The notes below the pieces were generated by a model. It saw only the letters and a list, made by a program, of their open reading frames with translations, had not been told where the DNA came from and did no database searches. The translations under genes and the position numbers were made by a program. Below, in pieces: positions 34,826 through 45,424 of a stretch of DNA of 64,000 nucleotides (positions are counted from its first letter, which is position 1; every line of letters starts with the position of its first letter). Origin of the DNA: Alistipes sp. (GTDB lineage Bacteria; Bacteroidota; Bacteroidia; Bacteroidales; Rikenellaceae); NCBI GenBank assembly GCA_045638285.1, contig JAZUBB010000019.1, forward strand, positions 43,053-107,052, in the 5' to 3' direction.

Positions 34826-34882
34826 GAAAATATGCGCGAAAATCCTCTTTTTTTGAGTAACTTTACGCCCAAATATGCAAAA

Positions 34883-35794
34883 ATGAACGAAACAACTACA
34901 TATCATACCCCCGTATTGCTCTCCGAGTCGGTCGATTTGCTTGCGATTGACCCCGATGGCACATACGTCGATTTGACCTTCGGCGGCGGCGGTCACTCGC
35001 GTCATATCCTCTCGCAACTCTCGGAGCGCGGACGCCTATTCAGCTTCGATCAGGATCCCGACGCCAAGGCTAATTGTCCCGACGATCACCGTTTCCACTT
35101 CGTCGAGAGCAATTTTCGCTTTCTGCGTGGTGCGTTGCGCTATCGCGGTGTGGAGCAGGTCGATGGCATTTTGGCAGATTTGGGCGTGTCGTCGCACCAC
35201 TTCGACTGCACCGAGCGCGGATTCTCGTTCCGTGGCGAGGCACCGCTCGATATGCGTATGAACTACCGCAATGGTCGCTCGGCTGCCGACATCGTCAATG
35301 AGGCGGACGCCGAGACCCTCACCCGCATCTTTGGCGAGTGGGGCGAGATTGACACCCCCTACAAAGCTGCCAACTGCATTGTGCGTGCACGTGCCGCAGC
35401 CCCGATCCTCACGACGGCTCAGTTGGTTGAGGCGGTTGCTCCCTGCACTCCGCGCAAGGACGAGAGCAAGTTCCTCACCAAGCTCTTTCAGGCACTGCGT
35501 ATCGAGGTCAATGGCGAGATGGAGGCGTTGAAGATGGCTTTGGAGCAGAGTTTGAAGATGTTACGCCCGGGTGGTCGCCTGTCGGTCATCTCGTACCACT
35601 CACTCGAAGATCGTCTGGTGAAGAACTTTATGCGCAACGGAACCTTCTCGGCACAAGCCGAAAAGGATTTCTTTGGTCGCTCGACCACGCCGTGGCAACT
35701 CGTAACGCGCAAAGCTGTTGCACCCTCGGCTGAGGAGATCGAGCGCAACCCTCGTTCGCGTAGCGCACGACTGCGTGCAGCCGAAAAACTTTAA
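34883..35794 (+). CDS. rsmH: 16S rRNA (cytosine1402-N4)-methyltransferase
   Basis: YHTPVLL, DLTFGGGGHS and DLGVSSHHFD blocks. It is the first gene of the dcw cluster. Confidence 0.93.
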   Translation: MNETTTYHTPVLLSESVDLLAIDPDGTYVDLTFGGGGHSRHILSQLSERGRLFSFDQDPDAKANCPDDHRFHFVESNFRFLRGALRYRGVEQVDGILADLGVSSHHFDCTERGFSFRGEAPLDMRMNYRNGRSAADIVNEADAETLTRIFGEWGEIDTPYKAANCIVRARAAAPILTTAQLVEAVAPCTPRKDESKFLTKLFQALRIEVNGEMEALKMALEQSLKMLRPGGRLSVISYHSLEDRLVKNFMRNGTFSAQAEKDFFGRSTTPWQLVTRKAVAPSAEEIERNPRSRSARLRAAEKL

Positions 35795-35810
35795 AAACGA
35801 TTACAAGACA

Positions 35811-36347
35811 ATGAGATACGACGAAGATATTGAGATTGATCCCTCGTTTCGTGAGGAGCGCGAGCGTGCGGCAGCCGAAGCCGAGCGCGACCGCCGCATT
35901 CGCAATGAGGTTGTACGCGTGCTGAGCGGCAAAGCCGAGGAGGATTTGGCTGAGGACGAGCGTCTGCGTTTGGAGCAGGAGGAGGCAGAGCAGGAGGCAC
36001 GCGAACGCGAGGAGCGTCGCCAGAACAGCTGGTGGAACAAGACCTTCAAGGCGTTTTTCACGGGCGAGATCCTCACCAACGAGGAGACCCGCCACATCTA
36101 CCCCTATCTGCTATTCGTGGCATTAATATTCTTCGTGAGTATCTTCATACTCTTCTCGGCACTGAGTTTGGATATCAAACGCTCACGCCTGCAAAACGAA
36201 CTGATAGTGTTGCAGGAGCAGTCGGTGCGCCAGTCCGAACAACTCTACCGCGCTACGTCGCGTAGTGCAATCATCGAACAGTCGAAGGCTCGCGGGTTGA
36301 ACCTCGAAGAGCTGCCGACTCAAACCCACATCATCGACAACAACTAA
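35811..36347 (+). CDS. ftsL: FtsL-like cell division protein with an N-terminal Glu/Arg-rich extension
   Basis: 178 aa from MRYDEDIE. Single TM helix (IYPYLLFVALIFFVSIFILFSAL) followed by a short coiled segment. Its position between rsmH and ftsI fits FtsL. Confidence 0.7.
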   Translation: MRYDEDIEIDPSFREERERAAAEAERDRRIRNEVVRVLSGKAEEDLAEDERLRLEQEEAEQEAREREERRQNSWWNKTFKAFFTGEILTNEETRHIYPYLLFVALIFFVSIFILFSALSLDIKRSRLQNELIVLQEQSVRQSEQLYRATSRSAIIEQSKARGLNLEELPTQTHIIDNN

Positions 36348-36350
36348 GTT

Positions 36351-38588
36351 ATGCCCGAACAGAAATATACCATTAAACGCCAAATACGTCGTCGCGCATT
36401 ATGGCTCTACGTCACCTTCTTTTTGGTTGTGGTGGCGATCATCGCACGTTTGATCTATATCCAATATTTCAGCCGCTCGACAGCCGAGTATGCCAACGCG
36501 ATCGAGAATCGTATCCTCACAACCAAGACCCTCAAAGCGCGTCGTGGCAACATCTTGATGCGCGATGGCGAGCCGTTGGCTACGGTGCTGCCACTCTATC
36601 AGGTGTCGTTTGACTTTGGCGCGGAGGCTCTCGACTCGGTTGAGCGTTACGTCAAACTCTCCGATTCGTTGGCGGGTCTGTTGGGTGGATATTTCGCCAA
36701 CGAGGGCTACCCCAAAGCCTACTTCAAGAAGAAATTTGCACTCTATCACGACCATAAACGTTTCACCGATGATGGTCGCCGCCGCTACTCGACCATCGAG
36801 TTGCTACCGCGCTGGATCGACCACAAGGAGTGGAGTCAGATCAAGCAATTCACGATCCTCAATTGGGATATCGGGCAGACCTACTCGCTTTTGGATAGTC
36901 TGACGCGCATCTATCCGTTGGGTGACATCGCCAAGCGTACGGTGGGTAAGTATGAGAGCGACCGTATCAAGACCCCGTTTGGTATCGAGCACGTCTTCGA
37001 CTCGATTCTGCGAGGCGAGGACGGACAGCAGTCGCGACAGCGCATTGCCCACCGCTTCACCTCAAACGTTGCGACCGATGGTAATAAGAAGGATAAACCG
37101 AAGGTTGATGGTGTGGATATCGTCACCACACTCGATAGACGTATTCAGGAGATCTCGGACGTGGCTCTGCGCAAAAATATGGTTGCTAACAATGCCATTT
37201 GGGGTACTGCAATAGTGATGAGTGTCGAGACGGGCGAGATTCTGGCGTTGTCGAATCTCTCTGAAACCTCGGCGGGGAACTATGCCGAGATCGACGATAA
37301 CGCTTTCAAGCGTATGTGCCCTGGTTCGACCTTCAAGCTGGCGTCGTTGCTGGCGTTGGTCGAGGACAAGGGTATGGATATCAATATCCGAATCCCGATC
37401 AAGGAGGGGCAGGTGACCTCGGCAGGCAAGGATCAGCGTATCAAGGTAGGTCCCAATCCCAAGGCGCAGGGTATCCGCGACGACCACGCTTTCTGCGACA
37501 CGATGTCGATGAAGTATTGTGTGGCTCACTCGTCGAATATCTTCTTTGCCAACGCCATCTATCAGTCCTACAAGGATCACCCTGAACAGTATGTAGCCTT
37601 CCTGCGCAAGTTGCACCTCGATCGCCCGATGGGACTGACCGAATTTGGTGAGCAGGCACCCCGCTTCAACGACTATCCGACCGATGACGACCCCGCCAGC
37701 CGCGAGGTGCGTCGCACGTGGATCTATAACAACCGTCTGTGCCAAATTGCCTACGGATACGAGAACGAAATCACTCCGATCCAAACAGCAACGCTCTATA
37801 ATGCCGTTGCAAACGAGGGTCGTATGGTTGCACCGAAGTTGATACGTGAGATACGACAGAATGGTCGCACGATCCAGAAGTTCGAAACCAAAGTGCTCAA
37901 CGAGCGTATCTGCTCGTCGGGTGCGCTGGCGAAGGTGCAGGAGTGTTTGGAGGAGGTTGCGCTGACGGGTACGGCGCGTGCATTCTTTGTGCGCGATACG
38001 GCTCTGTTCCGTGTGGCGGCGAAGACGGGTACGGCTGTGGTTGTCGGATCGAAGACCAACGACTACCTCGGTAGTATGGTTGCCTACTTCCCCACCGACG
38101 CTCCGAAATATACGGTTATGGTGGCGGTGCGCAACAACGCTTCGCGAGGAGCCTACTATGGTGCGGGTGTGAGTGGTCCTGTGGTGCGCGACATCATTTA
38201 TAGTCTCTACACGATGGAGAGCGAGTGGCGCAATCCGATCGAGTCGGGCGCGGCAATCAAGCGACCCACACAGATCAAGGGTGGTCGCACGGAGCAGATG
38301 CGCGAGGTGGCGTCGGCACTCGATATGTCGGTCACGACCGACGCACGTCGCGGGTGGTCGCTGGCGGAGGTTGACGACTCGACCCAACAAGCCAAGTTCA
38401 GTCAGATCACAACCGACGCAGGCAAGATGCCGCGAGTGGTCGGTATGGGTTTGAAGGACGCGATCTACATTTTGGAGAGTCGCGGTCTGCGTGTCGGCTT
38501 TACGGGGCACGGGCGCGTGACGAGTCAGAGCGTGGCGGCAGAGACTACGGTTCGGCGCGGCGACTATGTGCAATTGGTACTTAAATAA
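36351..38588 (+). CDS. ftsI: Peptidoglycan D,D-transpeptidase FtsI (class B PBP) with a C-terminal PASTA-like domain
   Basis: N-terminal TM helix. STFK, SSN and KTGT active-site motifs. The C-terminal segment of about 65 aa (MPRVVGMGLKDAIYILESRGLRV) looks PASTA-like. Confidence 0.92.
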   Translation: MPEQKYTIKRQIRRRALWLYVTFFLVVVAIIARLIYIQYFSRSTAEYANAIENRILTTKTLKARRGNILMRDGEPLATVLPLYQVSFDFGAEALDSVERYVKLSDSLAGLLGGYFANEGYPKAYFKKKFALYHDHKRFTDDGRRRYSTIELLPRWIDHKEWSQIKQFTILNWDIGQTYSLLDSLTRIYPLGDIAKRTVGKYESDRIKTPFGIEHVFDSILRGEDGQQSRQRIAHRFTSNVATDGNKKDKPKVDGVDIVTTLDRRIQEISDVALRKNMVANNAIWGTAIVMSVETGEILALSNLSETSAGNYAEIDDNAFKRMCPGSTFKLASLLALVEDKGMDINIRIPIKEGQVTSAGKDQRIKVGPNPKAQGIRDDHAFCDTMSMKYCVAHSSNIFFANAIYQSYKDHPEQYVAFLRKLHLDRPMGLTEFGEQAPRFNDYPTDDDPASREVRRTWIYNNRLCQIAYGYENEITPIQTATLYNAVANEGRMVAPKLIREIRQNGRTIQKFETKVLNERICSSGALAKVQECLEEVALTGTARAFFVRDTALFRVAAKTGTAVVVGSKTNDYLGSMVAYFPTDAPKYTVMVAVRNNASRGAYYGAGVSGPVVRDIIYSLYTMESEWRNPIESGAAIKRPTQIKGGRTEQMREVASALDMSVTTDARRGWSLAEVDDSTQQAKFSQITTDAGKMPRVVGMGLKDAIYILESRGLRVGFTGHGRVTSQSVAAETTVRRGDYVQLVLK

Positions 38589-38603
38589 CAACACAAGATA
38601 AGA

Positions 38604-40061
38604 ATGAAACAGGTTAAAGATATAATCGAAGGCATCGAGTGTCAAGTGATCGGATCGACGGCGGTGGAGGTCAGTGCGCTGGCTCTCGACTCGCGTCGCG
38701 TCGCGTCGGGCACGATGTTCTTCGCTGTGGTCGGAACAGCAACCGATGGTCACGCCTACATCGAGAGTGCGGTGGCGGGCGGTGCGGTGGCGGTGGTCTG
38801 CCAGCGCGTGCCTGAGCAACCGAACGAGGGGGTGTGCTACGTGGTGGTTGAGGATACGTCGGCTGTGGTCGGTCAGATGGCGTCGAACTTCTACGACCGC
38901 CCCTCGGAGCAGTTGAAGCTGGTCGGTATCACCGGAACGAATGGCAAGACCACGACCGTGACGCTGCTCTATGAGATGTTCCGCGCATTGGGTTATCGTG
39001 TGGGTCTGCTGTCGACGGTCGAAAATCGTATCGACGGTCGCGTAGTGCCCTCGACGCACACCACGCCCGACCCGATTACGCTCAATGCACTGCTGGCGGA
39101 GATGGTCGAGGTGGGTTGCGACTACTGCTTTATGGAGGTGTCGTCGCACAGCATTGTGCAGCGTCGAATCGGCGGTCTGCACTTCGCGGGAGCACTGTTC
39201 TCGAATATCACGCACGACCACTTGGACTACCATAAGACCTTTGCCGAGTATATCCGCGCCAAAAAGATGTTCTTCGACGAGCTGCCGCGCGAGGCGTTTG
39301 CGCTGGTCAATATCGACGACCGCAATGGCGAGGTGATGGTGCAGAACACCCGCGCGAAGGTGTGCCGCCTGTCGCTGCGCTCGATGGCGGACTTTGTCGG
39401 TCGCGTCATCGAAATGCACCTCGACGGAATGTTGCTGCGCGTGGACGGACGCGAACTTTGGGTGCGCTTCCTCGGTCGATTCAACGCCTACAACCTGCTG
39501 ACGGTCTATGGCGCGGCGGTGCTGCTCGGTGCTGATAAGGAGGAGGTGCTGCGCGTGTTGTCGATGTTGTCCTCGGTCAATGGACGCTTCGAGGCTCTGC
39601 GCTCGGAGGACGGCGTGACCGCCATTGTCGACTATGCCCATACGCCCGACGCGTTGCAGAATGTGATAGACACGATCAACGATATTCGCGGGGCGGGGCG
39701 ACTGACCGTTGTGGTCGGTTGTGGCGGCAACCGCGACAAGACCAAACGTCCTGAGATGGCTCAGATTGCGGTGCGTGGTGGCGATCGCGCGATTTTGACT
39801 TCGGACAACCCGCGTGGCGAGCAGCCTGAGGCGATTTTGGACGATATGGTTGCGGGCTTGGAGCCGACGGACCACTACCTGCGCATAGCCGATCGACGCG
39901 AGGCGATCCGCACGGCGGTGATGTTGGCTGAGTCGGGCGATGTGATCCTCGTTGCGGGCAAGGGTCACGAGACATATCAAGAGGTGGAGGGTGTCAAGCA
40001 CCACTTCGATGACCGCGAGCAGGTGCGCGAGGCATTCGACACGCTGCGCAAAAAACGCTAA
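38604..40061 (+). CDS. murE: UDP-MurNAc-L-Ala-D-Glu:meso-DAP ligase
   Basis: GITGTNGKTTT P-loop and the DNPR motif (TSDNPRGE) indicating meso-DAP specificity. Confidence 0.93.
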   Translation: MKQVKDIIEGIECQVIGSTAVEVSALALDSRRVASGTMFFAVVGTATDGHAYIESAVAGGAVAVVCQRVPEQPNEGVCYVVVEDTSAVVGQMASNFYDRPSEQLKLVGITGTNGKTTTVTLLYEMFRALGYRVGLLSTVENRIDGRVVPSTHTTPDPITLNALLAEMVEVGCDYCFMEVSSHSIVQRRIGGLHFAGALFSNITHDHLDYHKTFAEYIRAKKMFFDELPREAFALVNIDDRNGEVMVQNTRAKVCRLSLRSMADFVGRVIEMHLDGMLLRVDGRELWVRFLGRFNAYNLLTVYGAAVLLGADKEEVLRVLSMLSSVNGRFEALRSEDGVTAIVDYAHTPDALQNVIDTINDIRGAGRLTVVVGCGGNRDKTKRPEMAQIAVRGGDRAILTSDNPRGEQPEAILDDMVAGLEPTDHYLRIADRREAIRTAVMLAESGDVILVAGKGHETYQEVEGVKHHFDDREQVREAFDTLRKKR

Positions 40062-40102
40062 TTAACAAAGACTTAAACCGAAAGAAAAACTAAACCAAAC
40101 CT

Positions 40103-41353
40103 ATGTTATATTCACTTTTCGAATATTTGGGCGATGCGTTTTCGCTGCCCGGAGCAGGAATGTTCCAATACTTGTCGTTCCGTGCGGCGATGGCAATCAT
40201 CACCGCCCTGCTGATCGCAATCGTCTTCGGACGCAGAATTATCGACCGTCTGGCGCGTTTGCAGATCGGCGAGGAGATCCGTAACCTCGGTCTCGAAGGT
40301 CAGATGCAGAAGAAGGGCACCCCGACGATGGGTGGCATAATCATTCTGCTGGCGATCGTGGTGCCGATGTTGCTGTTTTGCGACCTGACGAATGTCTACA
40401 TTCAGTTGATGTTGGTATCGACCGTATGGTTGGGTCTGATTGGCGGTGCCGACGACTACATCAAGGTCTTCCGCCACAACAAGGAGGGCTTGAAGGGTCG
40501 TTTCAAGATCGTGGGTCAGGTCGGTTTGGGTCTGATTGTGGGCACGACGATGTGGCTCAATGCCGATATCGTGGTGCGCGATGGCGCGAGCCTGCCGACC
40601 GAGTTGCGTGGCGAGGTGGTCGAGCAGAACTACTTTGCGCCCGAGCAGGGCAAAGTTCCCGAAGCAACTGAGGTCGAGGGCATTAAGACCACGCAGACAA
40701 CCATTCCGTTCATCAAGGACAACGAATTCGACTACAAATGGCTGGCGGGTGGTAACGAGACACTCGGTTGGCTGGTCTACGTTTTAGTGGCGATTTTCGT
40801 CATCACGGCGGTGTCGAACGGAGCGAATCTGACGGACGGTCTGGACGGTTTGGTGACGGGCGTGTCGGCTCCGATTGTGGTAGTGTTAGGCGTGTTAGCA
40901 TACCTTTCGGGACATATCGTTTATGCTGATTATCTGAACATTATGTATATCCCGCATAGTGGCGAGCTGGTTGTTTTCGCGGCGGCAATGACGGGTGCGC
41001 TGATCGGTTTTCTGTGGTACAACTCGTTCCCCGCGCAGGTCTTTATGGGCGATACGGGCTCGCTGGCTATCGGTGGCGTCATCGCGGTCTTTGCACTGCT
41101 GATCCGCAAGGAGTTGCTGCTGCCGGTGATGTGCGGTGTCTTCTTGGTTGAGGCGCTGTCGGTGATGATTCAGGTGAGCTACTTCAAATACACAAAACGT
41201 AAATATGGCGAGGGACGACGTGTATTCCTGATGTCGCCCCTGCACCACCACTACCAGAAGCGCGGTTTCCACGAGGTGAAGATCGTCAACCGTTTTTGGA
41301 TCGTGTCGATTCTGCTGGCAGCGGTGGCACTCGTAACCCTCAAAATCCGATAA
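40103..41353 (+). CDS. mraY: Phospho-N-acetylmuramoyl-pentapeptide transferase
   Basis: Polytopic membrane protein with NLTDGLDGL and [11 protein letters not shown] blocks. Confidence 0.93.
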   Translation: MLYSLFEYLGDAFSLPGAGMFQYLSFRAAMAIITALLIAIVFGRRIIDRLARLQIGEEIRNLGLEGQMQKKGTPTMGGIIILLAIVVPMLLFCDLTNVYIQLMLVSTVWLGLIGGADDYIKVFRHNKEGLKGRFKIVGQVGLGLIVGTTMWLNADIVVRDGASLPTELRGEVVEQNYFAPEQGKVPEATEVEGIKTTQTTIPFIKDNEFDYKWLAGGNETLGWLVYVLVAIFVITAVSNGANLTDGLDGLVTGVSAPIVVVLGVLAYLSGHIVYADYLNIMYIPHSGELVVFAAAMTGALIGFLWYNSFPAQVFMGDTGSLAIGGVIAVFALLIRKELLLPVMCGVFLVEALSVMIQVSYFKYTKRKYGEGRRVFLMSPLHHHYQKRGFHEVKIVNRFWIVSILLAAVALVTLKIR

Positions 41354-41357
41354 AACA

Positions 41358-42719
41358 ATGAAACAGAAGAAGATAGTAGTGCTGGGTGGCGGTATCAGCG
41401 GATACGGCTCGGCGATTTTGGCAAAGAAACTCGGATTCGCAACCTTCCTTTCGGACGCGGGTCGCATTGCCGATCGCTACAAGGCAGCCCTCGATGAGTG
41501 GGGCGTCGAGTACGAGGAGGGCGGTCACACGATGGAGCGCATTTTGGCGGCTGACGAGGTGGTCAAGAGCCCCGGAATCCCCGAAAAGGCACCCGTGGTG
41601 AAGGCTCTGCGCGAGCAGGGCACGCCAATCATTTCGGAGATCGAGTTCGCAGGTCGCTACAAGGGCAAGGCGCGAACTATCTGTATCACAGGCTCTAACG
41701 GCAAGACCACAACCACCTCGCTCACCTATCAGATCCTGCGCGATGCGGGTTTCCGCGTGGCGTTGGGCGGCAACATTGGCGAGAGCTTTGCATACTCGGT
41801 AGCGACTGCCGAATATGATTGGTATGTGCTGGAACTCAGCTCGTTCCAACTCGACGGTATGTACGATTTCCGCGCCGATGTGGCGGTGTTGATGAACATC
41901 ACGCCCGACCACTTGGATCGCTACGACTACTGTTTCCAGAACTATATCGACTCGAAAATGCGTATCGCACAGAACCAACACACGCGTTGCGCGTTCATCT
42001 ACTCGGCTGATGATCAAGTGATTGCCGAGCAGCTGCCCAAATATGACCTACGTATGCGTCAGCTGCCCTTTGCGGCTAAGACTGCCGTAGCGAGTGGTGC
42101 GGGCGACGCCTACCTCGATGGCGATGGCGTCTTCACGGCGACGGTGGGCAAGAAGTCGATTGAGATCGACACTGCCAAAATGCAGATCAAGGGTCTGCAC
42201 AACGCCTACGACGCAATGGCGGCGTCGCTGGCGGCTTTGGCGGCGGGTGTCGAGCCTGAGCAGGTGCGAGCAACGGTCGAGGCTTTCGGAGGTGTCGAGC
42301 ACCGCTTGGAGCGCGTGAAGGATCACGATAACGTGCTGTGGATCAACGACTCAAAGGCAACAAATGTCGATTCGGTTTGGTACGCTTTGGAGAGTATGAC
42401 CCGCCCGACGGTGTGGATTGCTGGCGGTACGGACAAGGGCAACGACTACGCTCCGCTGATGGATTTCGCACGCGAGAAGGTGCATACGCTCGTATGTATG
42501 GGTGTTGATAATCAGAAACTTATCGACAGCTTTACGGGCGTCATTCCCACGATCCGCGACACCCATTCGCTCGACGAGGCGATGACCGCGGCACGCGAGG
42601 CAGCACGCGAGGGCGATGTGGTGCTGTTGTCGCCCGCGTGCGCAAGTTTCGACCTGTTCCGCAACTACGAGGCTCGCGGCGAGGAGTTCAAGCAGTGGGT
42701 TAATGATAACGTAAAATAG
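41358..42719 (+). CDS. murD: UDP-MurNAc-L-Ala:D-Glu ligase
   Basis: ITGSNGKTTT P-loop, Mur ligase domain order and dcw position. Confidence 0.92.
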   Translation: MKQKKIVVLGGGISGYGSAILAKKLGFATFLSDAGRIADRYKAALDEWGVEYEEGGHTMERILAADEVVKSPGIPEKAPVVKALREQGTPIISEIEFAGRYKGKARTICITGSNGKTTTTSLTYQILRDAGFRVALGGNIGESFAYSVATAEYDWYVLELSSFQLDGMYDFRADVAVLMNITPDHLDRYDYCFQNYIDSKMRIAQNQHTRCAFIYSADDQVIAEQLPKYDLRMRQLPFAAKTAVASGAGDAYLDGDGVFTATVGKKSIEIDTAKMQIKGLHNAYDAMAASLAALAAGVEPEQVRATVEAFGGVEHRLERVKDHDNVLWINDSKATNVDSVWYALESMTRPTVWIAGGTDKGNDYAPLMDFAREKVHTLVCMGVDNQKLIDSFTGVIPTIRDTHSLDEAMTAAREAAREGDVVLLSPACASFDLFRNYEARGEEFKQWVNDNVK

Positions 42720-42731
42720 GCTCGACAAACA

Positions 42732-44006
42732 ATGGCTAAAACAGTTGAAAATCAGCAGGAAGAGCAGGGCTTTTGGGGTAAACTCTTCACGGGCGACCGC
42801 GCGTTGTGGATCATCATCGCGTTGATGATGGTTTTCTCGATTTTGGTGGTCTATTCGTCGACCGCCAAGATGGTCTATCAGGGTGCGTCGAACACGGGAT
42901 CGTACTCCTATATGTTCAAGCAGATCTTCTTTGTGATGGTGGGTCTGGGAACGATTTTGATGGTTCACAAGATAGATTTCGACAAGTATCGCTCGTGGGC
43001 GTGGGTCGCCTATGGCGTTGCGCTGTTGATGACAATTGCGGCATACGTGCCCGGTATCGGTGTGGTGATCAATGGCGCAAGACGTTGGCTCGACTTAGGT
43101 ATTATAACCATACAACCGTCTGAGATTCTGAAAGTTGCGACTATTCTCGTGCTCGCCAAACAGCTCGGTGCACGTCAGAAACGAATCGAAAATATGGATT
43201 TGTTTCCGTCGTTGGCATTCTGGCGTTGGGGTCGCACGTGGCGTCGCGTCAGTAAGACACTGAAAGAGAGCACCATACCCATTTTGGGACCCGTAGTGTT
43301 GTCGTGCGCGGTGATTCTGCCCGCACACACCTCATCGGCGGCATTGCTGTTTCTGACCTGCTGGATTATGCTGGCAATCGGACGTGTGCGCGGAGGCGAG
43401 TTGGGACGACTGCTGTTGTTGGCAATCGCGGCGGCATTGCTGGCTTTGGGTGCGCTCAACATCGGTCGTAGCGACACCGCCGCAGGACGTATGGATATGT
43501 GGATCAACACGTTATTCAACGACGAGAAGGTGGCTGTCGAGAACCTGACCGATACCCAACGCTCAATGATCGCCATCTACAACGGCGGTCTGACGGGCAA
43601 GGGCGCGGGTCAGAGCATTATGCGCGTCGAACTGATCCACCCCGAGTGCGACTACGCCTTTGCGTTCATCGTCGAGGAGTATGGTTTGCTGCTCGCCGTG
43701 GTGATTATGTTGCTCTATCTGTGGATTTTCTACCGCTGTAAGGTGATTTTCGACGGGTGCGCGTCGGGCTTTCCGTCCCTGCTGGTGCTGGGGTTGGGAT
43801 TGATGATTACGTTTCAGGCGTTGATCCACATTTTGGTTACGATCAACTTTATGCCCGAAACGGGTCAGCCTCTGCCGTTGATCAGCCACGGAGGTTCGTC
43901 GATGATCTCGGCGGCGTTGGCTTTGGGAATGATCTTGGGCGTGAGTCGTGCGCTTGCCGACAAGACACTCGAACGCCCGCGCACTGAATCGCTCTACGAG
44001 AAGTAG
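42732..44006 (+). CDS. ftsW: SEDS-family peptidoglycan glycosyltransferase FtsW
   Basis: About 10 TM helices, FIVEEYG and PLPLISHGGSS blocks, and dcw position. Confidence 0.9.
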   Translation: MAKTVENQQEEQGFWGKLFTGDRALWIIIALMMVFSILVVYSSTAKMVYQGASNTGSYSYMFKQIFFVMVGLGTILMVHKIDFDKYRSWAWVAYGVALLMTIAAYVPGIGVVINGARRWLDLGIITIQPSEILKVATILVLAKQLGARQKRIENMDLFPSLAFWRWGRTWRRVSKTLKESTIPILGPVVLSCAVILPAHTSSAALLFLTCWIMLAIGRVRGGELGRLLLLAIAAALLALGALNIGRSDTAAGRMDMWINTLFNDEKVAVENLTDTQRSMIAIYNGGLTGKGAGQSIMRVELIHPECDYAFAFIVEEYGLLLAVVIMLLYLWIFYRCKVIFDGCASGFPSLLVLGLGLMITFQALIHILVTINFMPETGQPLPLISHGGSSMISAALALGMILGVSRALADKTLERPRTESLYEK

Positions 44007-44075
44007 CGATACCTATATATATTATATAGGGGTAGGCTGTATTGAGCGAATTGACGGCAGCTTCGGTCGAACTTG

Positions 44076-44100
44076 GATTCAAGATTCAAAATTCAAAATT
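44076..44100. repeat. 7-bp repeat array inside the dcw cluster
   Basis: GATTCAAGATTCAAAATTCAAAATT. Confidence 0.8.
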
Positions 44101-44130
44101 GGGTTTTGGACTTGAATTAAGAAGAAAGGA

Positions 44131-44205
44131 GCACGCCCATAAGGCGTGTCATTATCTGCGGCTCGCGCAAACGAAGTTGCGCGACCCCCCCAGCCACAGA
44201 TAATG
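44131..44205. repeat. Hairpin GCACGCC-CATAA-GGCGTGTC plus a GC-rich nested palindrome of the CATTATCT-arm subfamily
   Basis: CATTATCTGCGGCT-CGCGCAAACGAAGTTGCGCGACCCCCCC-AGCCACAGATAATG at 44150-44205. Confidence 0.85.
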
Positions 44206-44305
44206 AGATTAAGGTGGGTGGGGTCATAATTGCACCGCGACTGAAAAATCGCGCGCAACACAAAGGTTAATAAACGTAACAAACTGAAAATAACGAATAT
44301 ATGAT

Positions 44306-45415
44306 ATGAAACGCATAATACTTAGCGGCGGTGGCACAGGAGGTCACATCTACCCTGCGGTTGCCGTAGCCGAGGCTCTCAAACGTCGTTTTGGCGATGA
44401 GGTTGAGCTGTTGTTTGTCGGTGCCGAGGGCAAGATGGAGATGGAGAAGGTGCCTGCGTTGGGTTACCAAATCGTCGGACTGCCTACGGCGGGTCTGCAA
44501 CGTCGCCTCACGCTGTCGAACCTGCTGTTGCCCTTCAAGGTGGCAAAGAGCATTGCGAAAGCAAAGCGCGTGATCCGCGAGTTTGGTGCCGACATCGTGG
44601 TGGGCTTTGGTGGTTACGCCAGCGCACCCGTGCTGTGGGCGGCGCAACGTATGGGAATCCCGACGCTCATTCAGGAGCAAAACTCCTATGCGGGCGTAAC
44701 GAATAAGATTTTGTCGCGTCGTGCCGAGCGCATTTGTGTGGCTTACGAGGGTATGGAGCGTTTCTTCCCTGCGGAGCGTATCGTGATGACAGGCAATCCG
44801 TTACGCGGTTCGTTCTCGGCGGCTACGGGCGATACTCGCGCCGAGGGCTTGAAGTTCTACGGGCTCTCGGACACGAAACCCGTAGTGCTGGTTGTGGGCG
44901 GATCGTTAGGCACGCGCACGCTCAACGAGATGATGAAACGTTGGGTTGCCGAGCAAAAGGGCGAGCCTAAGATTCAGGTTATCTGGCAGACGGGTAAGTT
45001 CTACGAGCGCGAGATGCAGGAGTTCTTTGCGGCGCACCCGACCGAGGGTGTTTGGCAGGGCGCATTCATCAATCGTATGGATTTAGCCTATGCGGCAGCC
45101 GATCTGGTCATCTCGCGTAGTGGTGCCTGCACGGTTTCGGAGCTCTGTTTGGTGGGTTGTGCAACGCTGTTTGTCCCCTCGCCCAACGTGGCGGAGGACC
45201 ACCAGACCAAAAACGCAATGGCGTTGGTCGAGAAGGGTGCGGCGGAGATCGTGCGCGATGCGGAGGCGGTCGAGAAGGCAATGGCACGCGCCGAGGAGTT
45301 GCTCTCGGACGAGGCTCGATTGAAGGCGTTGAAGGAGAATATCGCGGCTCTCGGAATCGACGATTCGGCAGACCGTGTAGCTGCGCAAGTGGCTGAAATT
45401 ATTGGACTTAAATAG
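44306..45415 (+). CDS. murG: UDP-GlcNAc:lipid I GlcNAc transferase
   Basis: SGGGTGGHIYPAVAVAE N-terminus and C-terminal QTKNA block. Confidence 0.93.
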   Translation: MKRIILSGGGTGGHIYPAVAVAEALKRRFGDEVELLFVGAEGKMEMEKVPALGYQIVGLPTAGLQRRLTLSNLLLPFKVAKSIAKAKRVIREFGADIVVGFGGYASAPVLWAAQRMGIPTLIQEQNSYAGVTNKILSRRAERICVAYEGMERFFPAERIVMTGNPLRGSFSAATGDTRAEGLKFYGLSDTKPVVLVVGGSLGTRTLNEMMKRWVAEQKGEPKIQVIWQTGKFYEREMQEFFAAHPTEGVWQGAFINRMDLAYAAADLVISRSGACTVSELCLVGCATLFVPSPNVAEDHQTKNAMALVEKGAAEIVRDAEAVEKAMARAEELLSDEARLKALKENIAALGIDDSADRVAAQVAEIIGLK

Positions 45416-45424
45416 TTGAAGAAG

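Noticed and set aside
37062-40004. A 980-aa ORF on the minus strand, opposite ftsI and murE.
   Set aside because: It is fully antisense to two genes with unmistakable motifs (STFK/SSN/KTGT; GTNGKTTT/DNPR). Its translation is Arg/His/Leu/Val-rich low-information sequence with no motif. It is a shadow ORF, expected when the sense strand avoids the codons TTA, CTA and TCA.
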